The notes beneath the pieces are model-generated. The model was not told where the DNA came from, searched no databases, and was given only the letters and a program-made list of their open reading frames with translations. Of a DNA stretch of 32,000 nucleotides, positions 25,511 to 32,000 are shown one piece after another. Made by a program: the position numbers and the translations under genes. This DNA comes from Comamonadaceae bacterium (GTDB taxonomy: Bacteria > Pseudomonadota > Gammaproteobacteria > Burkholderiales > Burkholderiaceae_C): contig CANGNS010000002.1 in the NCBI GenBank assembly GCA_947455465.1, forward strand, positions 82,424 through 114,423, given 5' to 3'. Every line of letters begins with the position of its first letter. The stretch's first letter is position 1.

Positions 25511-26005
25511 TTGAGACTACAAGAATTCGCAGACGCTGAAGAACAGATCAAGTTGTGGAAATTGATCAGTGACAGTGTTTGGCACAGTATCAAACAACAA
25601 GCAATTGAGCAAGAGCATAAACGACTTGACGCTCAAAAAAGAACACCAAAGACCAGCTCAAGCGACAAAGCTGTCAAAAAGCCTAAGCCTGCTGCTGCTC
25701 CTAAGCCAACAAAGCAGCCCACGAAGCAGCAAGTGACCGACAAGTCAGCAATTCCTACAAAGCAGCAAATGTCAGCATCACAGACTCAAAAGCAGCAAGT
25801 CTTGCCCAAAGTGTTCAGCAACACAAGTAAATCCAACCTAGTTGCACCACAGACGCCAGTGACTAGTGCTAGCAGTCTTTCAGCGCAGAGTGTTGCAAAG
25901 ACTCGTTCTGAGCGTCAGCGGCATGACCCCAACTCAGTCGTAAACATTCAACGCCAACTCTACCCCCTTGCTAACAGTGATGTGGTGAAGCGATTGACGA
26001 GCTGA
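25511..26005 (+). CDS. Hypothetical protein with a low-complexity K/Q/P/T-rich centre
   Basis: TTG start preceded by AAGAGGA. The centre reads KPKPAAAPKPTKQPTKQQVTDKSAIPTKQQ. Confidence 0.5.
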   Translation: MRLQEFADAEEQIKLWKLISDSVWHSIKQQAIEQEHKRLDAQKRTPKTSSSDKAVKKPKPAAAPKPTKQPTKQQVTDKSAIPTKQQMSASQTQKQQVLPKVFSNTSKSNLVAPQTPVTSASSLSAQSVAKTRSERQRHDPNSVVNIQRQLYPLANSDVVKRLTS

Positions 26006-26187
26006 TGCCTGCTGATCAGTTTGAAATTCAATGGACTTGTGGGGCAGATTTAGTCCCAGAAATGAAAGCTACTTGTGCAACATGCGATGCGTCAAGATTC
26101 ATCGACATGGAAAGCTTGCCCAAACAACTTATCGGTGATAAATTGTTCTGTTTTGCCTATTTTTTCAGCAATAGACCAAGCGAATAA
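26005..26187 (+). CDS. Hypothetical small protein
   Basis: 60 aa. Its ATG overlaps the upstream stop (TGATG). Its stop abuts the terminal GTGTATCTTT repeats. Confidence 0.4.
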   Translation: MPADQFEIQWTCGADLVPEMKATCATCDASRFIDMESLPKQLIGDKLFCFAYFFSNRPSE

Positions 26188-26214
26188 GTGTATCTTTGGG
26201 TGTATCTTTTTAGA
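26186..26214 (+). repeat. Tandem pair of GTGTATCTTT decamers, a possible integrase arm-type site, tRNA-proximal end
   Basis: AAGTGTATCTTTGGGTGTATCTTTTTAGA is a direct copy of 3161-3190. It lies 50 nt inside the att core. Confidence 0.4.
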
Positions 26215-26263
26215 TTTTGAAAACTAAAATATCTATATATTTCATATAGTTAAGTCAATTTTC

Positions 26264-26277
26264 TGGCGGAAGCTGTG
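26264..26277. repeat. att core copy forming the 3' end of tRNA-Ser
   Basis: TGGCGGAAGCTGTG, identical to 3019-3032. Confidence 0.75.
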
Positions 26278-26353
26278 AGATTCGAACTCACGGAGGACTC
26301 ACATCCTCGCCGGTTTTCAAGACCGGTGCCTTAAACCGCTCGGCCAAGCTTCC
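26264..26353 (-). tRNA. tRNA-Ser (anticodon UGA)
   Basis: The reverse complement is GGAAGCTTGGCCGAGCGGTTTAAGGCACCGGTCTTGAAAACCGGCGAGGATGTGAGTCCTCCGTGAGTTCGAATCTCACAGCTTCCGCCA. It has acceptor stem GGAAGCT/AGCTTCC and anticodon stem CCGGT/ACCGG with loop CTTGAAA. It also has a long variable arm GAGGA/TCCTC, T arm GTGAG-TTCGAAT-CTCAC and an encoded CCA. Confidence 0.95.
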
Positions 26354-26393
26354 ATGGGCTGGGATTCTAGCGGGTGGTAAAACCGGGGCCGCC

Positions 26394-27329
26394 ATGCAAG
26401 CCTTCTACAGCGACCAGTTTGTGCTGCCCCTGCCGCCGGGGCACCGTTTTCCTATGGCCAAGTACGCCATGCTGCGCGATGCGCTGGTGGCGCAGCTGCC
26501 CGACATCCAACTTTTGCAGGCCCCGCGCGCCACGGACGCCGAATTGCTGCGCGTGCACACGCCCGACTACGTGCGCGGCATCGCCGACGGCTCCGTGCCC
26601 GCAGCGGTGCTGCGCGAGATCGGCTTTCCTTGGAGCGAGGCCATGGCCGAGCGGGCGCGCCGCTCAGTAGGCGCCACCGTGGCGGCGGCGCGCTCGGCGC
26701 TGCGCCAGGGCATAGGCGCCAATCTGGCTGGCGGCACGCACCATGCGTACGCCGACAAAGGCGGCGGCTTTTGCGTGTTCAACGACGTGGCCGTAGCCGC
26801 CCGCACCCTGCAAGCCCAGCGCCAGCGCGAAGGCGGCGCGCTGCAGGTGGCGGTGATCGACCTGGACGTGCACCAGGGCAACGGCACGGCGCGCATTTTT
26901 CAGGGCGACGCCAGCGTGTTCACCCTGTCTTTGCATGGCGAAAAGAATTTTCCGTTCCGCAAAGAAGCGGGCGACCTGGACGTGGGTCTGCCCGACGGCA
27001 CCGGCGACGCCGACTACCTGGCCGCGCTGGACGGCGCGCTGCAGGCGCTAGAAGCGCGCTGCGCGCCGCAACTGGTGTTCTATCTGGCCGGCGCCGACCC
27101 GTTTGAAGGTGACCGCCTGGGCCGCCTCAAGCTCAGCTACGCCGGCATGCAAGCGCGCGACCAGCGCGTGCTGGACTGGTGCCTGGCCCGGCGCATCCCG
27201 CTGGTGCTGCTCATGGCTGGCGGCTACGGCGTGCAAATCGAAGAGACGGTGCGGGTGCAGCTGAACACTTACCAAAGCGCGTTTGCGCATTGGCAGCGGT
27301 GGCGGGAGGGCAAGTCGGTAGGTATATAG
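26394..27329 (+). CDS. Histone deacetylase-family (HDAC/acetoin utilization-like) amidohydrolase
   Basis: GGTHHAYADKGGGFCVFNDVAVAA, IDLDVHQGNGTA and SLHGEKNFPF are the classic HDAC-family motifs. Confidence 0.9.
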   Translation: MQAFYSDQFVLPLPPGHRFPMAKYAMLRDALVAQLPDIQLLQAPRATDAELLRVHTPDYVRGIADGSVPAAVLREIGFPWSEAMAERARRSVGATVAAARSALRQGIGANLAGGTHHAYADKGGGFCVFNDVAVAARTLQAQRQREGGALQVAVIDLDVHQGNGTARIFQGDASVFTLSLHGEKNFPFRKEAGDLDVGLPDGTGDADYLAALDGALQALEARCAPQLVFYLAGADPFEGDRLGRLKLSYAGMQARDQRVLDWCLARRIPLVLLMAGGYGVQIEETVRVQLNTYQSAFAHWQRWREGKSVGI

Positions 27330-27460
27330 GCATGGGCCGCTTGCAAAGACTCTGCCAGCAACTCGCGCACCACTTCACTCTTGGTCTTGCCGGTTTGGGT
27401 GCAAACCCATTGCAAATCCCGCTCCTCGCTGTCCGCCAAACGCACAGTTAAGGTACTCAT
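27269..27460 (-). CDS. Small ribbon-helix-helix (CopG-like) protein, orphan
   Basis: Track ORF 27269..27559 trimmed to ATG 27460, which follows AAAGGGGTGAAT. MSTLTVRLADSEERDLQWVCTQTGKTKSEVVRELLAESL fits the RHH beta-alpha-alpha pattern. Its 3' end overlaps the HDAC gene end by 61 nt. Confidence 0.45.
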   Translation of the reverse strand: MSTLTVRLADSEERDLQWVCTQTGKTKSEVVRELLAESLQAAHAYIPTDLPSRHRCQCANALW

Positions 27461-27910
27461 ATTCACCCCTTTCCATCCAAACTGCACCGCCAGTGGAGGC
27501 CGATCTATCACAGCGTGATACAGCTTAAAACCCAATGCAAGCCGGCGTGAACGACGCAATCCTATAAATTGAGACTTGAAAATGTGAGGCTGCCCAATTT
27601 GCGGCCCACACGCCCGTCAGCGCCATAGCGCGCACAGACCCAAACACCCCACCCCAAGCCAGCCCCGCGCTGGCTTTTTCTTGCGTGCCACAGGGTTTCA
27701 CCGCATGCCGCCCAGCGCGGCGGCGTGATAAGGTAACGATTACTTTTTTAGTAATCATTACCACTCCAAAAGCATCCCTTCCTCGCCTTGTTGCGCCTAT
27801 TACGAACCGCAAGCCAACCGAGCCAAAAACAACTAGGTGCGCAGAAAACGCTTCCCGCAGCTACCCAATATGGGCGAAATTGCCTATTTAAATGGAGTTA
27901 CAATTAAATC

Positions 27911-28231
27911 GTGCTAACCGTCATTGAGACGCCCATCTTTCAACGGATGGTCAAAGGTGTTTGGGCCGAGGCCGAACACGAAGCCTTTGTTGTTTTCATT
28001 AGCGAAAACCCACTAGCTGGCGATGTGATTTCTGGTGCAGGCGCCTTGCGCAAAGTTCGCTGGAAGCGTGTGGGCACAGGGAAGAGCGGAGGCGCTAGGG
28101 TGATTTATTACACACGACTCGCCAATGGCGAAGTGGTACTGGTGGCGATCTACGCCAAAGCCACATTTGACAACATGCCGGTAGAAATTTTGAAATCCTG
28201 GAAGGAGGCCTACGATGGCCAAAGCCAATAA
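27911..28231 (+). CDS. RelE/HigB-like type II toxin
   Basis: GTG start. FISENPLAGDVISGAGALRKVRW...GKSGGARVIYY...VVLVAIYAK is the signature of the RelE/HigB-like toxin group that has the GKSGG.RVIYY motif. Confidence 0.75.
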   Translation: MLTVIETPIFQRMVKGVWAEAEHEAFVVFISENPLAGDVISGAGALRKVRWKRVGTGKSGGARVIYYTRLANGEVVLVAIYAKATFDNMPVEILKSWKEAYDGQSQ

Positions 28232-28514
28232 AACCACCATGGACGCGGAAATGCAGGCCTTTGCAGAAGACGTGCGCCAATCCATCGCACAGGCCCGGCG
28301 AGGTGAGGCGGCTCGGGTGCATACGCCTGCGGACATTGCGCGCTATAAGGCGCGGGGGCGACCAGTGGGCAGCATGAAGCCAAACGCCAAGCAAGCCGTC
28401 ACCGTGCGCTACAGCCCCGATGTGCTGGAAGCCTTCAAGGCCAGCGGCCAAGGCTGGCAAGCCCGCATGAATGACGCCCTGCGCGAGTGGCTTAAAGCCC
28501 AGCCGCACCGATAA
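28215..28514 (+). CDS. BrnA-like antitoxin
   Basis: RGRPVGSMKPNAKQAVTVRYSPDVLEAFKASGQGWQARMNDALREWL matches the BrnA antitoxin C-terminal pattern. The gene overlaps the toxin gene by 17 nt. Confidence 0.7.
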   Translation: MAKANKTTMDAEMQAFAEDVRQSIAQARRGEAARVHTPADIARYKARGRPVGSMKPNAKQAVTVRYSPDVLEAFKASGQGWQARMNDALREWLKAQPHR

Positions 28515-28925
28515 GCACGCACCGGGCCACGGGCCGTTGCACCAACTAACAGGGTTAAACCGCTTGTAGCTAAGCGCGGCGATGTGCTAAGGTATTCATT
28601 GTTTATTTGACAATAATTGCCAACCAAGCCCATGCCCGCCCTGAACGCCTCAGATCTAACGACTCCCCACCCTAAAAGCAGCTCGCTGCTGCATGACGCG
28701 CTGTACCAGCTAATGCGCGAAGGCCTGCTGGACCACGCCATCCGCTGCGAAGACGGCATGACGGTGCTGAGCGCCTGATGGGTTTGTCAGGGCGTGCGCC
28801 TGTTTGGCAACCCGGCCTCGGACCCGGCGCAGCAGAGGCCGGTGTTGTGGGCGCCGGGGGGGGTTAGGAATGATCAATAACCCTTCACAGTTCTTGTTTA
28901 GAAATATTGAGAGGAGATAAACCAA

Positions 28926-29483
28926 TTGGCCGTCACAAAACCAATACGCCCTAAATTGAGTGAGCGGGACCGAGTAAGACGAACCACAATATTGGCCTTG
29001 AGATGCTTAACCAATATTGCTTTTTATAGAAGCGGCGTGGGAAAACTAACCGATGCATCTCAGCAGGAATTCTATAGAGTTGCAAATTCGAACAATTTTG
29101 ATATCGCGGTATTGGAATGGTTTAAGGTTTTCGGAGAACGGAACGGCGAGCATCATTGGCGAAATATATTTTCCATTGACCCATTCAGCGAATATCTTTT
29201 ATCAAGCTTAAAAATTAGTCAAGGGGAATTTAGTAATTACATTAACGAAGTCGCCACTTACCGCAATACTTTTATCGCACACCTAGACGACTCATATATT
29301 ATGAATATACCAAACCTGGACACCATGCATCAATGCATGATTTTTTTACTCAATCAAATGCACAACAAAAACACATACAAGATGCATTTATCACCAAATC
29401 TTATTTCATGCCCCGAAAAAAATTACGATAGACTTTTGGAGTTAGGGGAGCAAATATATAATAATATTTTATATGCCAATTAA
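28926..29483 (+). CDS. Hypothetical protein with a HEPN-like RNxxxAH motif (Abi-type?)
   Basis: TTG start. The ORF is AT-rich. EVATYRNTFIAHLDD fits the Rx4-6H (RN...AH) motif of Abi-associated HEPN families. The family call is tentative. Confidence 0.5.
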   Translation: MAVTKPIRPKLSERDRVRRTTILALRCLTNIAFYRSGVGKLTDASQQEFYRVANSNNFDIAVLEWFKVFGERNGEHHWRNIFSIDPFSEYLLSSLKISQGEFSNYINEVATYRNTFIAHLDDSYIMNIPNLDTMHQCMIFLLNQMHNKNTYKMHLSPNLISCPEKNYDRLLELGEQIYNNILYAN

Positions 29484-29650
29484 ATATAACAAACCAATAT
29501 AGTGACCGCCATCTAAAGGGCACACAAATAAGATTAACAATCGAACACATAAAAAATCCCGCACTTTAATTTAATGTGACTTTTCGGACAATAAATGAGC
29601 ATGTCTGTCCGGAATCTCAATCAACATCCGCAATTAATTAACTTACCAAC

Positions 29651-30172
29651 ATGGATAAATATTTTCGCAATTTACTCCAAGAACTAAAGGGTGGCTTTTT
29701 CTCCGTATATCCGAATATTCAAGATATCATGAGAGTGCTATCGACCGATCGCACACCCTGGTTTGATATAACCTATGAAGACGGAAGCAAAAGATCTCTT
29801 GCCATAGTACACGCCTATGATGCTTATAAGATATATAAATACAAAAATCTGACCGATAGAATTAATTACCCAGATTTGCCAAATACATATGAAGATGCAG
29901 ACGTAGTTTTTGAAATACTAGCACCTGTTATATCGGCTTGGATTAATGAAGGCAAGTATCTATCATGCTCCAGGTTGTTGGCATCGGTATTTGTTCAGCT
30001 TGCGGAGCACGAAAATCTTGAAATTGATGCCATATCCGAAAATATCATATGGAGACTTCAAGAAGAATGCGAGGTTATCATCAATGAAAAAACCGAAAAT
30101 ATAATTCAAATCGCTATTCAGAATCTAAAAAATATCGGTTTTAAAGCTTCGGAAAATAATATTCAATTCTAA
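29651..30172 (+). CDS. Hypothetical protein
   Basis: 173-aa ORF in the AT-rich islet. No family recognised. Confidence 0.55.
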   Translation: MDKYFRNLLQELKGGFFSVYPNIQDIMRVLSTDRTPWFDITYEDGSKRSLAIVHAYDAYKIYKYKNLTDRINYPDLPNTYEDADVVFEILAPVISAWINEGKYLSCSRLLASVFVQLAEHENLEIDAISENIIWRLQEECEVIINEKTENIIQIAIQNLKNIGFKASENNIQF

Positions 30173-30181
30173 ACATTATTT

Positions 30182-31024
30182 ATGAAAAATAATGTAAATA
30201 GACGCGCGTATTTGAATTCTAAAATCCGAGAGGCCGCATCTAAATGCTCGCACCCATTTGCCAGAGACTGCACAGGAATGCTAGAGGCATTTTTTTTACT
30301 TTCAATTCCAAGTTCATATGAATGGAAATTCACGCCTACCACCAAACTGATAAAAAAGCTTTCTAATATTCACAAAAACGATGAATGGAATAAAATCTAT
30401 TGGCGCGATTTAGCAGAAAATTTGCAAGCCTTTTCTGTCGTTACCTACCATCGTCAAATTGGCATTATCGCTCCTGCTTCGCGGGCGTTGAATTCAAACG
30501 AATTGTTAGCAGCAGCAGTACTTGCTCGCGCTGCCATTGAGCTTTCCGCGTGGTCGCTATATTCAACTAACATTATTCGCAATGCAGTCTTAAATATGGC
30601 AAAAAAATGTGATCCATTGATTAACCGATATACGGCCGATGCTTTGCAAACCCTATTAGTTAAAATGCTTTGGGGCACAAGACTTGGGCACGAAAATTCT
30701 GAGCTCAAACAGCTAAACATACTAACCGTTTTAGATAAACTTAGTAAGCATGATAAGGAAAACTTTCTGCTACCAACTTATAACCTGCTATGCGAAGCAG
30801 CTCATCCAAACGTTATTGGGAACAATGAATATTTGGAGTATCCTGAAAACCAAAGTGAAAACGATAGTTTCACTATCAGAATTTCTAAATCACCCACGAG
30901 ATCCAAACCTAATGAACTGCTTGAGCACACCTTAGGAGGACTTGGCTGGGCTGCGGTTTGTCAGCGCAATGCCATGTTGCAGATAAGGGAATCCTTGGAA
31001 ACAATCGGAGAAAAATTTCTCTAG
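30182..31024 (+). CDS. Hypothetical protein
   Basis: 280-aa ORF starting 10 nt after the previous stop. No family recognised. Confidence 0.6.
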   Translation: MKNNVNRRAYLNSKIREAASKCSHPFARDCTGMLEAFFLLSIPSSYEWKFTPTTKLIKKLSNIHKNDEWNKIYWRDLAENLQAFSVVTYHRQIGIIAPASRALNSNELLAAAVLARAAIELSAWSLYSTNIIRNAVLNMAKKCDPLINRYTADALQTLLVKMLWGTRLGHENSELKQLNILTVLDKLSKHDKENFLLPTYNLLCEAAHPNVIGNNEYLEYPENQSENDSFTIRISKSPTRSKPNELLEHTLGGLGWAAVCQRNAMLQIRESLETIGEKFL

Positions 31025-31107
31025 CAGGGTGATATATTGGTCGATTAGAGTGACGGCTATTGCTAGCCGACTTATATACGGAATGTTATTCAGTTAATTA
31101 AATCGTT

Positions 31108-31761
31108 TTAAACCAACATACCCTTAGTCTCAATAAACCTCACCACCTCCCCCACCCCACTGAGCGTTTTCAGGTTGGTCATGACGAAGGGGCGCAGGCC
31201 TTTGGGGGTGCTGCGCATGCGGGTGGTGTCGGCGCGCATCACGTCCAGGTTGGCGCCTACGTGAGGGGCCAGGTCGGTTTTGTTGATGATGAACAAATCG
31301 CTCTTGGTAATGCCGGGGCCGCCTTTGCGGGGGATTTTTTCGCCCGCTGCCACGTCAATCACGTAGATGGTCAGGTCCGACAGCTCGGGGCTGAAGGTGG
31401 CGGCCAGGTTGTCGCCGCCGCTTTCGATAAACACAATGTCCGCCTCGGGGAAGTCCACCAGCATGCGGTCTATAGCCTCCAGGTTGATGGAGGCGTCTTC
31501 GCGGATGGCGGTGTGCGGGCAGCCGCCGGTCTCTACGCCCATGATGCGCTCGGCCGGCAGCGCGCCGCTGACGGTCAGCAGGCGCTGGTCTTCTTTGGTG
31601 TAGATGTCGTTGGTAATGGCCACCAGATCGTATTTGTCGCGCATAGCTTTGCACAGCATTTCGAGCAAAGTGGTTTTGCCCGAGCCCACGGGGCCGCCTA
31701 TGCCCACGCGCAGGGGCGGTAGTTTTTTGGTGCGGTGGGCGATGTGGTGCAGTGCGGACAT
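31108..31761 (-). CDS. ureG: Urease accessory GTPase UreG
   Basis: [20 protein letters not shown] (P-loop), [35 protein letters not shown] and INKTDLAP. Confidence 0.95.
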   Translation of the reverse strand: MSALHHIAHRTKKLPPLRVGIGGPVGSGKTTLLEMLCKAMRDKYDLVAITNDIYTKEDQRLLTVSGALPAERIMGVETGGCPHTAIREDASINLEAIDRMLVDFPEADIVFIESGGDNLAATFSPELSDLTIYVIDVAAGEKIPRKGGPGITKSDLFIINKTDLAPHVGANLDVMRADTTRMRSTPKGLRPFVMTNLKTLSGVGEVVRFIETKGMLV

Positions 31762-31775
31762 GGCGTTACTCTTTA

Positions 31776-32000
31776 TTAAGAACGGAACAAACGGGAATAC
31801 TGAACCTCATGCTGCGCGCTCAAGATGGCCAGCATGGGCGTAAAGGCTTGCTGCGCACCGGGCGGTACGGCCAGCGCAGCGTCCAGGGCGTTGGGTATGG
31901 CGGCGCTGATGGCCGACAAAATGCGCTGCCCCGCGCTCTGGCCCAGCGGCACCGACTTGATGGCGGCCTGCGCCATGTTCTCGGCCCAGCCAAAGGCGTA
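31776..32000 (-). CDS. ureF: Urease accessory protein UreF, C-terminal part only
   Basis: The frame is open to the window edge: [28 protein letters not shown]...[11 protein letters not shown], a UreF C-terminal signature. Its stop lies 14 nt upstream of the ureG start. Confidence 0.8.
   Translation of the reverse strand, partial: YAFGWAENMAQAAIKSVPLGQSAGQRILSAISAAIPNALDAALAVPPGAQQAFTPMLAILSAQHEVQYSRLFRS

Larger units (their letters stand above)
3019..26277. mobile_element. ~23.2 kb AT-rich genomic island integrated at the 3' end of tRNA-Ser(UGA)
   Basis: An exact 14-bp direct repeat, TGGCGGAAGCTGTG, lies at 3019-3032 and 26264-26277. Base composition switches abruptly from GC-rich to AT-rich at both repeats. 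A tyrosine integrase and an AlpA gene lie inside. Confidence 0.8.

Noticed and set aside
25650-25830. Apparent DNA repeat (AAGCAGCAA and similar)
   Set aside because: It reflects the low-complexity K/Q/T-rich coding sequence of ORF 25511..26005. It is not an independent repeat element.
3033-26263. Tandem array of two islands at the same tRNA, which could explain the distal integrase and the second recombinase
   Set aside because: Scanning by eye, I found no third copy, full or partial, of TGGCGGAAGCTGTG inside the island. The idea remains unsupported and a computational search should confirm this.
26367-27290. Alternative-frame and antisense ORFs overlapping the HDAC gene (for example 26374..26670, 26630..27106, 26567..26896, 26664..26936, 27048..27290)
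   Set aside because: These are Arg/Ala/Pro-rich shadow frames. Only the 26394..27329 frame carries the HDAC-family motifs.
27525-27891. ORFs 27525..27812 (-) and 27685..27891 (+) in the intergenic region upstream of the toxin gene
   Set aside because: They have no motifs and overlap each other on opposite strands. The region is more likely the promoter or leader of the TA operon.
28632-28778. 48-aa ORF MPALNASDLTTPHPKSSSLLHDALYQLMREGLLDHAIRCEDGMTVLSA
   Set aside because: It is too short and has no recognisable family. It may be the 5' remnant of a gene truncated by the AT-rich islet, so I did not annotate it as a gene.
31261-31843. ORFs overlapping ureG: plus-strand 31261..31722, 31367..31603 and 31604..31843, and minus-strand alternative frame 31355..31654
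   Set aside because: They are shadow frames of the unambiguous ureG and ureF genes.

Overview
The window is GC-rich proteobacterial chromosome, Burkholderiales-like judging only from protein flavour, interrupted twice by AT-rich foreign DNA.

- **1-3018:** a minus-strand DUF1501/DUF1800 gene pair.
- **3019-26277:** a ~23.2 kb AT-rich genomic island. It is bounded by a 14-bp direct repeat equal to the 3' end of tRNA-Ser(UGA) (26264-26353, minus strand). Its contents are:
  - a P4-type integrase and AlpA;
  - a co-directional HNH / HNH-HIT / small acidic protein / nuclease-helicase cluster, my best candidate for an undescribed defence-type system;
  - a minus-strand operon with an RFC-like AAA+ ATPase;
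  - a repeat-built PD-(D/E)xK protein;
  - an H-NS-like protein;
  - a catalytic-domain-only tyrosine recombinase next to ~1 kb of structured non-coding DNA;
  - an even more AT-rich block with a Sel1-repeat membrane protein and an operon ending in a secreted ClpP-fold-like protein.
  - Two paralogous intergenic regions in the island carry phased TTGATAAT-N9-GTGGACCAC sites.
- **26394-28514:** an HDAC-family gene, an orphan RHH ORF and a RelE/HigB-like + BrnA-like TA pair.
- **~28865-31107:** an integrase-less AT-rich three-gene islet whose first gene has a HEPN-like motif. It abuts ureG.
- **31108-32000:** ureG and partial ureF.

I saw no rRNA, CRISPR array or transposase. All functional calls come from motif recognition by eye. 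No searches were run.
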